Positions 17,817 through 27,668 of a stretch of DNA of 64,000 bases are shown in pieces (within the stretch, counting starts at the first letter, position 1; each line of letters opens with the position of its first letter). Under the pieces are notes generated by a model. It was not told the origin of the DNA, did not search any database, and saw only the letters and a program-made list of their open reading frames with translations. This DNA comes from Bacteroidales bacterium (lineage in GTDB: Bacteria; Bacteroidota; Bacteroidia; Bacteroidales; UBA932). The position numbers and the translations under genes are program-made. The stretch is from contig JAFXNQ010000034.1 of assembly GCA_017529425.1 (NCBI GenBank), positions 15,112 to 79,111 of the forward strand, in the 5' to 3' direction.

Positions 17817-19793
17817 CTATTTCAGTGGGAATCTAGGCCACAAGCGGTCAATGACATCTACATCATCTACCTTTACTGTTGTGTCGCTGATATAGTCGGC
17901 AGCCAGCAGCGTCATTGCCAGCCGGTGGTCACCGTGCGATGAGACATTCCCGCCTTTAAGCGTCTTGTTGAACCCGCCACTGACACTTACACAATCCCCG
18001 TCAAGTTTAATTTCTGCACCAAGGTTCTGAAACTCCTTGACATACTGTGACTCTTTACCCATAAGGGAGCGGACGCCGTGGATACGGCTCTCACCCTCAC
18101 AACGCAGCGAGAGCAGAATCAGTGGCCCCAGAAGGTCGGGGCACGAAGCGATATCGCATTCGAATGCCGCCATTACTGTACGCAGGGCAGAGTGATAACC
18201 TATGGTGTCGGTGAGATAATCCATCTCCGGGTCGGTGAAGCGTTCTATATCGGCTCCCGCGGTCTCCAGCACCTCCAGGATATAGTTTTCTGCCTGAAGC
18301 GATTTCACCAGCATATTGTCCACGCCTGCTTCGCCCGCAACCGCACCTAGCACCAGCCAGAGTGCTGCAGCCCCCCAGTCGTTCTCAATCTCCATCCGCC
18401 CGGGTCGGTATGCCTGCCCGCCGGAGAAACTGTAAGTTACGCATTTTCCGTCGGCACCGGAGACTTCATCATACTTTATCCCCATACGGGAAACGACGTC
18501 GGCAGATACCTGAATATGTGGCTGCACGGCGGTATCACGCACTTTTACTACAACATCCCCGTCTTCTACCAATGGCAGTGCCATCATAAGTCCGGAGGCA
18601 AACTGCGAGCTTGCAGGAGAAACGATATTGTATGTTCCGGCTTTGAGCGGCCCTTGGACAAACGCCGGCAAGCGCCCTTGAGAGAAATCGACGAATACCC
18701 CGTGGCGGGTGAGCTCCGGACACCCTTTGGAAAATTTCCGCTGCATAAGGGCCCCACGCCCCGTTATCATAACCATCTTGCGCGAAAGTGCCGCAAGAGG
18801 TATGCATATGCGGCACAACAAGCCGCAACTGCCGATATCCAGAATGTCCCGCCTGACCTTGAGCCCGTCTTTGCCGATATTCTGATTGCCGGTAATTGTG
18901 AGCGACCTGTTCTTGAAATCGATATCTATGGTGGCGAAAAGCTGCTTTGCCACATTGATGGCATCCAGGACATCATCGCAGAGGGTTACATTGTCCAGCA
19001 CCGTGACGCCGGAGGTGAGGGCCGCCGCAACAATTGCCCTGACGGCTATGCTCTTTGCAGAAGGGGGATAAACGTCACCAATAACAACATTATCCTCCTT
19101 TGGCAGGATGTCATAGAAGAGCGGCTGCCCCTCCGCGGTGGGGAGACGGCGGCGGGGGGCGCAATACATCAGCGGAGCCCCTTTGTGGAAGGAATCGTAA
19201 CGCGACTGCTCCCCTTCGCTGCCCATGGCAAATGCGATGAGACGGCCGGCCTCAAAATGGTCGTAAAGCGCCAGCACGCGGCTGCTTTCTGCCGAGTGGT
19301 GGGCGGTGGTTACAATCTTTGCTATATCGGCGCCCAAGGCAAAACAGCGGTTAACCGTAGCCGTCAGGCTTTCCGTAGAGTCGGTGCCGAAGGCGTTGTG
19401 ATAAGACAGTATCACCTTGCAGCCATAGTTCATGGCAAGATTCATCAGCCACTTGAGCTCCGGCCTGGGGAAATCCATGTCGATATCGATATAATCGGCG
19501 CCGGCAATGATGGCTGCGCTTAGTACCCTGACCGCCATATCCACCTCAGATGTTTCGGGAGCATCATCGCCACCCTCCAGATCAAGTGTATCAACCTCGC
19601 TCGGGTCCTTGATGCGATAGGTGGCCACCACGCGGCAGTCACCCCTGTTAGCCATAAAGTATCTGATGTCGGGCACGTCGAAGATCAAATCGTCCAGACG
19701 CAATTCAACCGCGTGCTCTCCGATGCCGGCATTTGCCCACGCGAGGCAATAATCGACATCCATCTGACACAGAGAGCAGCAAACCAGACCCAT
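17817..19793 (-). CDS. Fusion protein: type I 3-dehydroquinate dehydratase (AroD) domain plus divergent EPSP-synthase-family (AroA-like) domain
   Basis: N-terminal residues about 1-225 carry AroD-type motifs: ILSYHNAFGT (catalytic His), GADIAKIVTTA (Schiff-base Lys), AMGSEGEQSRY. Residues about 235-658 are EPSPS-like: PPSAKSIAVRAIVAAAL, GSCGLLCR, ASSQFASGLMMA, CPDLLGPL, GDHRLAM. 5-nt gap after the S41 peptidase gene. Confidence 0.7.
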   Translation of the reverse strand: MGLVCCSLCQMDVDYCLAWANAGIGEHAVELRLDDLIFDVPDIRYFMANRGDCRVVATYRIKDPSEVDTLDLEGGDDAPETSEVDMAVRVLSAAIIAGADYIDIDMDFPRPELKWLMNLAMNYGCKVILSYHNAFGTDSTESLTATVNRCFALGADIAKIVTTAHHSAESSRVLALYDHFEAGRLIAFAMGSEGEQSRYDSFHKGAPLMYCAPRRRLPTAEGQPLFYDILPKEDNVVIGDVYPPSAKSIAVRAIVAAALTSGVTVLDNVTLCDDVLDAINVAKQLFATIDIDFKNRSLTITGNQNIGKDGLKVRRDILDIGSCGLLCRICIPLAALSRKMVMITGRGALMQRKFSKGCPELTRHGVFVDFSQGRLPAFVQGPLKAGTYNIVSPASSQFASGLMMALPLVEDGDVVVKVRDTAVQPHIQVSADVVSRMGIKYDEVSGADGKCVTYSFSGGQAYRPGRMEIENDWGAAALWLVLGAVAGEAGVDNMLVKSLQAENYILEVLETAGADIERFTDPEMDYLTDTIGYHSALRTVMAAFECDIASCPDLLGPLILLSLRCEGESRIHGVRSLMGKESQYVKEFQNLGAEIKLDGDCVSVSGGFNKTLKGGNVSSHGDHRLAMTLLAADYISDTTVKVDDVDVIDRLWPRFPLK

Positions 19794-19798
19794 AAGGA

Positions 19799-21409
19799 CT
19801 ATTTATTCTCTATCCAGCGGTCAATCGACTGATAGAGCTGCTTGTCGTAACGCAGATTCACTATGGAAGATGCCTTCTGGAAATAGTATTTTACTGCGAT
19901 ATCCGACTCTATGAGCGGCTTGACCTCATCTTTGACCAGGCGCAGTGCATCCTCCTTGCTGATGTCCAGCTTGGCCTTGAGCGCCTCTATCTCGGCGCGG
20001 CAACTGTCGTAGGTCCCCTCGTATTTGGCAGCCTCCACCAGCTTCTCTATCTCTGCGTCACTGCCGCTCCGCCAGTCAAAGGTCTTGTTCTCGCAGAAGG
20101 CAATGAACTCCTCGTATTCCTCGTCAGAGAGAGAGAACTCGGAGGCCGGGGCGATGGTTTCGTGACGGTTATAGTAATCGATAGCGTATTCGCCTATGAT
20201 ATCGTTGTAAACCAGCGAATATGTCGGGCGGCTGTAACGGGTGTTCTCAACCACGATATCGGGGGTGATGCCGCCGCCATCTTTCACAATGCGACCGGAA
20301 GCAGTCTTGAACTCGTGGGTGAGTGAATCTGGAATCGAGCCGACGCTGCCGTCCTCGTTACGATGGCTGTAATCTATAGCCTGCACGCAACGGCCGCTGG
20401 GTGTATAATACTTGCCGGTGGTCACCTTGAGTGTACCGTTGAAAGCCGTAGGGCGCACCGACTGGATGAGCCCCTTGCCAAAAGAACGGGTGCCGGCTAT
20501 AGTGCCGCGGTCCAGATCCTGGAAGGCGCCCGCCACAATTTCGCTGGCGGAGGCGCTGCCGCTGTTAATCATCACCATCACGGGAATCTCTGTATCAATG
20601 GGATCTGTCTGGGTGCGATATGACACATTCATCCCCCTCATACGTCCTTTTGAAGAGACCACGAGGGTACCTTTGGGCACGAACATCGACACCAGTTTGA
20701 TAGCTTCGTCCATAAGTCCGCCACCGTTGCCGCGCAGGTCAATGATAAGGCGTTTGGCTCCTTGTTTCTTGAGTTCCTGGAAGGCATGTTTGAATTCCGA
20801 ATGCATCCCGGATGTGAAACCGGTGATGGAGATATAACCAATATCGTCACGGAGAATACAGTAATTCTCTATGTTGGAGATATGTATCCGCTCACGCTTT
20901 ACAGTGATATCCGTAACCTCTTTAGTGCGACCCTTGATTACCTTGAATTCCACTTTGCTGCCAGGCTGCCCTTTCATCCGGTTGGAGGACTCCTGTGAGG
21001 TCTCTCCATAAACGCTCTTTCCGTCTATGGCTATTATGCTGTCACCGGGCTGCAGCCCAGCCTTCACCGCCGGACTGTCGGGATAGGGTTCCGTGATGAG
21101 CACCGCCTCGCCCGGACGTTTTTTGATGAGTGAGCCCACACCGCCATATATGCCAGTTGTCATCATCTGCACGTCATCTTCATCCTCTTCAGGGTAATAG
21201 ACCGTATAAGGATCCAGAGATGATAGCATAGCGTTGATGCCGGTAGTCACAAGTTTGCCAAACTGAAGGGTATCTACATAGTTTGCAGAGAGTTGCTTCA
21301 GGATTGAATTCTGTATGTCAAGCGACTTGGCCAGGTCAAAATTGGCACTCTGGGCCGATGCGGTCAGGGAAAAGACCGCCAAAGCGAATATCGCCAATAT
21401 CTTTCTCAT
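19799..21409 (-). CDS. S41 family C-terminal processing peptidase (tail-specific protease)
   Basis: Signal peptide, PDZ region (GLQPGDSIIAIDG), catalytic region GSASASEIVAGAFQD...GTRSFGKGLIQ. Confidence 0.85.
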   Translation of the reverse strand: MRKILAIFALAVFSLTASAQSANFDLAKSLDIQNSILKQLSANYVDTLQFGKLVTTGINAMLSSLDPYTVYYPEEDEDDVQMMTTGIYGGVGSLIKKRPGEAVLITEPYPDSPAVKAGLQPGDSIIAIDGKSVYGETSQESSNRMKGQPGSKVEFKVIKGRTKEVTDITVKRERIHISNIENYCILRDDIGYISITGFTSGMHSEFKHAFQELKKQGAKRLIIDLRGNGGGLMDEAIKLVSMFVPKGTLVVSSKGRMRGMNVSYRTQTDPIDTEIPVMVMINSGSASASEIVAGAFQDLDRGTIAGTRSFGKGLIQSVRPTAFNGTLKVTTGKYYTPSGRCVQAIDYSHRNEDGSVGSIPDSLTHEFKTASGRIVKDGGGITPDIVVENTRYSRPTYSLVYNDIIGEYAIDYYNRHETIAPASEFSLSDEEYEEFIAFCENKTFDWRSGSDAEIEKLVEAAKYEGTYDSCRAEIEALKAKLDISKEDALRLVKDEVKPLIESDIAVKYYFQKASSIVNLRYDKQLYQSIDRWIENK

Positions 21410-21461
21410 ATTTCTTATGACTTATTGTTCACCGGCCCTGATTTGGCAAAAATGATACCAA

Positions 21462-22523
21462 TCAGGCCTCTTTGATGTAGTTTACAATCCATGCGCCGAC
21501 CTCTTTGGTACCATACTTGGCACCGCCGGAAACCTGTATCTCCGGGGTGCGAACATTGGCATCTAGCGATGCAGCCACCGCACGGCGGATCAGCGCGCCC
21601 TCTTCTTTGAGGTCGAAATACTCGAACAGCATGGCTGCGGAGAGTATCTGCGCAAGCGGATTGGCAATATTCAACCCCTTGGCTGCGGGCCAGCTGCCGT
21701 GAACCGGCTCAAAGACGGGAGTATGTTCCCCTGTAGAGGCGCTGGGAAGAAGCCCCATGCTACCTGTGATGCAGCTACCCTCGTCGGTGAGGATATCTCC
21801 GAAAGTGTTCTCAGTAACCATCACATCAAAAAACTTGGGCTCCTGAATCATGCGCATAGAGGCGTTGTCCACATACATGAAATCGGTGGTCACATCGGGA
21901 TACTGAGGAGCCATCTCCTGCGCCACTTTGCGCCACAGACGGCTGGATGCCAGCACATTGGCTTTGTCCACAACGGTGAGGTGGCGGTTGCGGCGGCGGG
22001 CATACTCATAACCAACCTTGAGGATGCGCTCCACCTCGCCACGGGTATAATAGTTTGTGTCGTAGGCCTTCTCGTCGTCCTGATACTTCTCCCCGAAATA
22101 CATGCCGCCGGTGAGTTCGCGGATACAGATGAAATCGGCGCCGCGCACCAGTTCGTCCTTCAGCGGAGAGTTGTGAACAAGGCAGTCGAAGGTCTCGATG
22201 GGGCGGATGTTGGCAAACAGGCCCAGCTTCTTGCGCATGGCCAGCAGACCCTGCTCCGGACGCACCTTGGCTGTTGGATTGTTATCGAAACGGGGGTCGC
22301 CGACTGCGGAGAACAGTACGGCGTCGGCCTCCATACATGTCTGGAAAGTCTCCTCCGGGAACGGGTCACCTACCTTGTCAATGGCATCTGCTCCGCATAC
22401 AGCCTCTTTGAAAGATACTTCGTGCCCGAACTTGTCGCACACCGCCTGCATTACGTCAACACCAACTTTGGATATTTCGGGACCGATACCGTCACCGGGA
22501 AGAACTGCTATCTTAAGTTTCAT
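21462..22523 (-). CDS. leuB: 3-isopropylmalate dehydrogenase
   Basis: [18 protein letters not shown]-terminus. [23 protein letters not shown]...[10 protein letters not shown]. Confidence 0.9.
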   Translation of the reverse strand: MKLKIAVLPGDGIGPEISKVGVDVMQAVCDKFGHEVSFKEAVCGADAIDKVGDPFPEETFQTCMEADAVLFSAVGDPRFDNNPTAKVRPEQGLLAMRKKLGLFANIRPIETFDCLVHNSPLKDELVRGADFICIRELTGGMYFGEKYQDDEKAYDTNYYTRGEVERILKVGYEYARRRNRHLTVVDKANVLASSRLWRKVAQEMAPQYPDVTTDFMYVDNASMRMIQEPKFFDVMVTENTFGDILTDEGSCITGSMGLLPSASTGEHTPVFEPVHGSWPAAKGLNIANPLAQILSAAMLFEYFDLKEEGALIRRAVAASLDANVRTPEIQVSGGAKYGTKEVGAWIVNYIKEA

Positions 22524-22529
22524 TGTATA

Positions 22530-24077
22530 TTAGTTTTCGCTTGTTATGATATTCAGCATTTTCATTGTCGCCTTGATGGCCGCCTCGACCTGATCTGCAT
22601 CCAGGCCGCGGGTGTGAATGGTGCGGCCGTTGTAATCCCAGTCGATGCGGGTCTGCACCAGCGCGTCGGTACGTCCTCCGGGAGGGATCGACACGGCGTA
22701 ATCGCTCAGCCAGGGGAACGCGAGCCCCAGATGGTCGCGGAAGATGTGGCGCACGGCACGCACAAAGGCATCGTACTGGCCATCGCCGGAGGCCTGCTCC
22801 TGATAGACCTTACCCTTGACCTCAAGCTTGACGATTGCCGTTGGTTTGAGGCCGTGGGCGGTACTTACCATATAGCTGAGCAACTTGACATTCTCCTGAG
22901 TTATGTCGTGCCCCAGCACGTCGCTTACAATGAACGGGAGGTCGTCCGGGGTCACTGTCTCTTTCTTGTCACCGAGCTCGATTATACGGTCGGTGACGCG
23001 GCGGGTCTGCTCCGGAGTCAGGTCCAGATTCATGTTCTCCAGGTTCTTGAGGACATTTGCCTTACCGCTGTTCTTACCAAGGGCATACTCCCGTTTGCGG
23101 CCGAAGCGCTCCGGCAGAAGGTCGTTGCAATAGAGGTTGTTCTTCTTGTCACCGTCGGCATGGACACCTGCCACCTGAGTGAACACATTGTCGCCCACTA
23201 TGGGACGGTTGGCGGGTATCGGGGTGCTGGAATAGCTCGACACCATTCGGCTTAGCTCGTGAAGGCGGCTTTCGTCTACACCGGTAGCCACTTCAGCCAT
23301 GTCTGCCAGGACTGCCTCCACGCTGGCAAGCGGGGCATTGCCGGCACGCTCGCCGAGGCCGTTCACGCAAGTGTGAACCCCCTGGCAACCCGCCTTGACT
23401 GCGGCCAGGGTATTGGCCACCGCCAAATCATAGTCGTTATGGGCGTGGAAATCGAACCTCAACTCCGGGAACCGGGCCACCATCTGCCCCACAAAATCTG
23501 TCACCTGAGAGGGCGAGAGCACCCCCAGGGTATCTGGCAGCATAAAGCGGCACACTCCGCAACCTTTCATGGATTCGACCATGTTGAAGACATACCCGGG
23601 AGAATTCTTCATCCCGTTGCTCCAGTCTTCGAGATAGAGGTTCACCTCCAGACCCTTGCTATGGGCATAGACGATGGCTTCCCGGATTTGGGCGATGTGC
23701 TCTTCAGGGGTCTTGCCCAGCTGCTCGCGGCAGTGGCGCTCGCTACCCTTGGTGAGCAGGTTCATAACGCGGGCACCGCAACCGGAGATCCAGTCTGCAG
23801 AGAGTGTCCCGTCCACAAATCCGAGCACCTCTACGCGCTCCAGCAAGCCGTTGCGCTCAGCCCACCCGCAAATTTCGCTCACCGAATCCCGCTCCCCTTC
23901 AGAAACGCGGGCCGATGCGACCTCGATGCGGTCGACCTTGGCACTCTGCAGCAGGAAACGGGCGATGAGCAGCTTCTCGTGCGGCACAAAATTGACGCCG
24001 CTGGTCTGCTCCCCGTCCCTCAGGGTCGTGTCCATAATCTCGATCTCCCGCTTCTCCATGATATCTCTTTTATGCAT
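22530..24077 (-). CDS. 2-isopropylmalate synthase / (R)-citramalate synthase family enzyme
   Basis: IMDTTLRDGEQTSGV, IEVASARVSEGE, FHAHNDYDLAVANTLAA, plus a C-terminal LeuA-dimer-type regulatory domain. It sits between leuD and leuB. LeuA and CimA cannot be distinguished by eye. The start could instead be Met7 (24059). Confidence 0.8.
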   Translation of the reverse strand: MHKRDIMEKREIEIMDTTLRDGEQTSGVNFVPHEKLLIARFLLQSAKVDRIEVASARVSEGERDSVSEICGWAERNGLLERVEVLGFVDGTLSADWISGCGARVMNLLTKGSERHCREQLGKTPEEHIAQIREAIVYAHSKGLEVNLYLEDWSNGMKNSPGYVFNMVESMKGCGVCRFMLPDTLGVLSPSQVTDFVGQMVARFPELRFDFHAHNDYDLAVANTLAAVKAGCQGVHTCVNGLGERAGNAPLASVEAVLADMAEVATGVDESRLHELSRMVSSYSSTPIPANRPIVGDNVFTQVAGVHADGDKKNNLYCNDLLPERFGRKREYALGKNSGKANVLKNLENMNLDLTPEQTRRVTDRIIELGDKKETVTPDDLPFIVSDVLGHDITQENVKLLSYMVSTAHGLKPTAIVKLEVKGKVYQEQASGDGQYDAFVRAVRHIFRDHLGLAFPWLSDYAVSIPPGGRTDALVQTRIDWDYNGRTIHTRGLDADQVEAAIKATMKMLNIITSEN

Positions 24078-24666
24078 TGGCCTTTTCCCACGCCTCGATC
24101 TTTGATTTGCTCTCCAGAAGAAAATCGATGTCGTCGAGGCCGTTCATAAGGCAGTATTTCTTGTAACCGTTCAGGTCAAAATGTTCGCTGCGGCCGGTGG
24201 CCAGGTTGGTGACTGTCTGAGCGGGCACATTAACCTCAACCTCGGTGGCCGGGTTGGCCTTGATGCTTGCAAACAGCTCTGCGAGAAAATCTTCGCTCAC
24301 AGTGACGGGCAGCACAAAGTTGTTCAGCTCGTTGTTGCGGTGGATATCGGCAAAGAAGCTCGAAATCACCACGCGGAAGCCGTATCCCGCGATGGCCCAT
24401 GCGGCGTGTTCGCGGCTGCTGCCGTTACCGAAGTTTTTGCCTGCTACCAGAATGCACCCGCTGTATGTAGGGTCGTTCAGTACGAAATTCTGGTTGGGCG
24501 TGCCATCGGCGTTGTAGCGCCAGTCGCAGAACAGGTTGTCACCAAAGAATTTCTCGTCGCGGGTGGTAGCCTTCAGAAAGCGGGCGGGGATTATCTGGTC
24601 GGTATCCACATTCTCCAGAGGGAGGGGGACACATGTACTCTTGATTATGTTAAACTTCTGTTTCAT
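24070..24666 (-). CDS. leuD: 3-isopropylmalate dehydratase small subunit
   Basis: 198 aa. VPLPLENVDTDQIIPARFLK, GKNFGNGSSREHAAWA. Confidence 0.9.
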   Translation of the reverse strand: MKQKFNIIKSTCVPLPLENVDTDQIIPARFLKATTRDEKFFGDNLFCDWRYNADGTPNQNFVLNDPTYSGCILVAGKNFGNGSSREHAAWAIAGYGFRVVISSFFADIHRNNELNNFVLPVTVSEDFLAELFASIKANPATEVEVNVPAQTVTNLATGRSEHFDLNGYKKYCLMNGLDDIDFLLESKSKIEAWEKANA

Positions 24667-24672
24667 GGCGGC

Positions 24673-26067
24673 TTACATTAAGGTTCTGGGATCTGTGACA
24701 ACACCGGTAACGGCTGCGGCTGCGGCAGTCAAAGGACTGGCCAGCACGGTGCGTGCACCAGGACCCTGACGTCCCTCGAAGTTGCGGTTGGAGGTAGAAA
24801 CCGAGAGCTTCCCTGCAGGAATCTTGTCGTCGTTCATGGCCAGGCAGGCGCTGCAGCCGGGTTGGCGGATTTCGAAACCGGCCTCCTCGAGTATTTTGTC
24901 CAGGCCCTCGCTCTCTATCTGCTCCTTAACCATCCAGCTGCCTGGTACCAGCCAGCAAACCACTCCGGGAGCCTTTTTGCGCCCTGCGGCGATGGAGGCG
25001 AATGCCCGGAAATCTTCTATACGGCCGTTGGTGCAACTCCCGCAGAACACGTAGTCGACCTTCTTGCCCAGCAACTGCTCTCCGGGAGCGAAGCTCATGT
25101 AATTGAGCGAGCGCAGGAATGAAGCCTGACCGCTCTCGGGCACACTGGCGAGCGCCGGGATTGAACTTTCGATACCCATGCCCATACCCGGATTGGTACC
25201 ATAGGTCACCATCGGGGTGATGTCCTCTGCCTTGTATACGATTTCCCGGTCAAACACTGCGTCGTCGCCACTGCGGAGGGTCTTCCAATATTCAACCGCC
25301 TTGTCCCACTCGGCCCCCTTGGGAGCATGCTCGCGCCCCTTGATGTATTCGAACGTCTTCTCGTCGGGAGCGACAAAGCCGCCGCGGGCACCCATTTCTA
25401 TGGAGAGGTTGCAAAGTGTAAGGCGTCCCTCCATACTGAGGTCGCGAACCACGCTGCCGGCATACTCGACAAAATAACCCGTAGCACCGCTTGTGGACAT
25501 CTTGCTCATGATGTACAGAGCCACATCTTTTGCTGTAACTCCCTTTGCCAGTTTACCTTCTACACTGATACGCATGGATTTGGGCTTCTGCTGCAGGATG
25601 CACTGAGAAGCCATCACCATCTCCACCTCGGAAGTTCCGATTCCGAAGGCAACCGCACCCATGGCACCGTGGGTCGAGGTGTGGGAGTCGCCGCACACGA
25701 TTGTCATGCCGGGCAGCGAAAGGCCTCTCTCGGGCCCTACGACGTGGATAATGCCGTTGCGCTTGTCCAGCATCCCGTAGTGGGTCAGGCCAAATTCGGC
25801 GGCATTTGCGGCCAGGGTGTCGACCTGTTTCTTGGAGACGGGGTCCTCGATGGGTTTGTCTTGGTCGTGGGTGGGTGTATTATGGTCCGGCATGCATACG
25901 ATCTGCTGCGGGCGGAGAGGCTTGATGCCTCGCTCCCGCATACCGTCAAATGCCTGTGGTGTAGTCACTTCATGGCAGTACAGCCGGTCTATGTAGAGCT
26001 GTGTGGGGCCGTCCTCAACTATCTGGACGACGTGCTTGTCCCAAATCTTATCGAAAAGTGTGTTCAT
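24673..26067 (-). CDS. leuC: 3-isopropylmalate dehydratase large subunit
   Basis: [12 protein letters not shown] start (the ORF track extends to 26091). Aconitase-family motifs [36 protein letters not shown]. Confidence 0.9.
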   Translation of the reverse strand: MNTLFDKIWDKHVVQIVEDGPTQLYIDRLYCHEVTTPQAFDGMRERGIKPLRPQQIVCMPDHNTPTHDQDKPIEDPVSKKQVDTLAANAAEFGLTHYGMLDKRNGIIHVVGPERGLSLPGMTIVCGDSHTSTHGAMGAVAFGIGTSEVEMVMASQCILQQKPKSMRISVEGKLAKGVTAKDVALYIMSKMSTSGATGYFVEYAGSVVRDLSMEGRLTLCNLSIEMGARGGFVAPDEKTFEYIKGREHAPKGAEWDKAVEYWKTLRSGDDAVFDREIVYKAEDITPMVTYGTNPGMGMGIESSIPALASVPESGQASFLRSLNYMSFAPGEQLLGKKVDYVFCGSCTNGRIEDFRAFASIAAGRKKAPGVVCWLVPGSWMVKEQIESEGLDKILEEAGFEIRQPGCSACLAMNDDKIPAGKLSVSTSNRNFEGRQGPGARTVLASPLTAAAAAVTGVVTDPRTLM

Positions 26068-26174
26068 CGCATTTGGTCTAATGGAGTGCAAAGGTTTGAA
26101 TTTTTAACCATTTAACCAATTTTTCCGATTACAAGTTATCCGGTTGACTTGCCCCAGAAAACCTATTTTTATTA

Positions 26175-26182
26175 TATCTTTG
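26175..26182 (+). promoter_or_regulatory. Candidate -7 box (TAtcTTTG) dedicated to the NRPS gene
   Basis: TATCTTTG lies 21 nt upstream of ATG 26204, in the 136-nt divergent gap shared with leuC. Confidence 0.45.
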
Positions 26183-26203
26183 TAAGAATACTACCCATTC
26201 TAT

Positions 26204-27668
26204 ATGAAAACAACACCCTATAGCACTGTTCTTGAGAAATTCCGCCGGAATGTGGAGATGTTCCCGGACAATACCGCAATCGTATTTGAAAACATAAGTC
26301 TGACATATCGTGAGGTTGACCGGCTTTCGGACAATCTGGCGGCATATATCGAATCGCAAGTCCCGCCCAAAAGCGTGGTGGGCATTATGCTGGGGCGCAA
26401 CGAATATATGATGCTGGCGCCGCTGGGCGCACTCAAGGCGGGATGCGCATATCTCCCTCTGGATCCCTCATACCCGCCCGAGCGACTGGCATTCATGATG
26501 AAGGACGCCGGCGCACGGATGCTGCTGGCCGACGAGGATCTTCTCCCCATATTGAAAGAGTATGACGGCCCGGTGCTCAAGACGGAGGATATCCGGAAAC
26601 TGCACCCCGGAAAACCCTCGGCACAACCGGCACCGGAAGATCTTTTCCTTTTGCTGTACACCAGCGGCACTACCGGCACCCCCAAGGGCTGTATGCTCTC
26701 CCATCAGAACGTATTCATCTTCTGTGACCACCATCGGGAGAACGTAGGATTCGACAATAACACACGCATGACCGGGTATGCCAGTTTCGGATTCGACGCC
26801 TTCGCCTCAGACATGTATACCTCCATCATCTCCGGCTCGACACTGTACATAATCCCGGAGCGCATCCGGCTCAACCTTGCCGCCCTGCATTCTTATTTTG
26901 AGGAGAACGGCATCACCCACTGTTTCATGACCACTCAGGTCGCCACCCAGTTCGCCATCAATTATCCCGAATGCAAAGGGCTCAAAGTGATGTATACTGG
27001 CGGCGAAAAGATGTCTTCCTTCCCGCTTCCAAAATATAGGCTCTTCAACTGCTACGGCCCCACGGAGTGTATGTGTTACGTTGTCTGCGAAGAGGTGAAG
27101 GTGCAGGAGGAGAACATCCCCATCGGGCTTCCCTTGCCCGGCATCCATACCTACATCGTGGATAAGGACGGCCATCAGGTGCCGCAAGGAGAGAACGGTG
27201 AGCTCTGGATTGCCGGCCTGCAGGTCGGCATGGGCTACCTCAACAGACCCGACAAGACGGCCGAGGCATTCCTCGAGAATCCATTCGAGAAAGACCCCGA
27301 TTACGCCCGTGTATACCGCACCGGCGACATCGTGCGTTACCGCCCCGATGGCAAGATAGAATATGTCGGCCGCAAGGACGGTCAGGTAAAAATCCGCGGA
27401 TTCCGTATCGAACTCAAGGAGGTAGAAGCCGTTATCCGCGAGTTCCCCGGGATCAAGGATGTCACTGTGCAGGCCTTTGACGAGCCCGGCGCAGGCGCAG
27501 GCAAGTTCCTGGCCGCCTACATAGTGGGCTCCGGAGAGATCAATATCCAGGAGCTCAACGATTTCATCGCCTCCAGGAAACCTCCATACATGGTCCCTGC
27601 CGTCACCATGCAGATAGACGCCATCCCCCTGAATATTAACCAGAAGGTGGATGTGAAGGCCCTTCCCA
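26204..27668 (+). other. NRPS adenylation domain A1 (approximate bounds)
   Basis: Runs from the N-terminal FPDNTAIVF to the A10 motif NQKVDVKALP. No domain precedes it. Confidence 0.8.

Noticed and set aside
21699-23255. 518-aa plus-strand ORF overlapping leuB and the IPMS-family gene. There are similar long shadows at 10164-11432, 33184-34416, 35339-36472, 36904-37968, 38395-39432, 39699-41045, 44627-45730, 55683-56693, 5888-6781, 4275-5054 and 569-1339.
   Set aside because: All are antisense to confidently identified genes and have no motifs of their own. They are treated as shadow ORFs.
26068-26203. Leader peptide, attenuator or T-box upstream of leuC.
   Set aside because: The minus-strand 5' region is short. 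It has only a weak AACCTTTG box about 20 nt from the ATG, no Leu-rich mini-ORF and no alternative hairpins.
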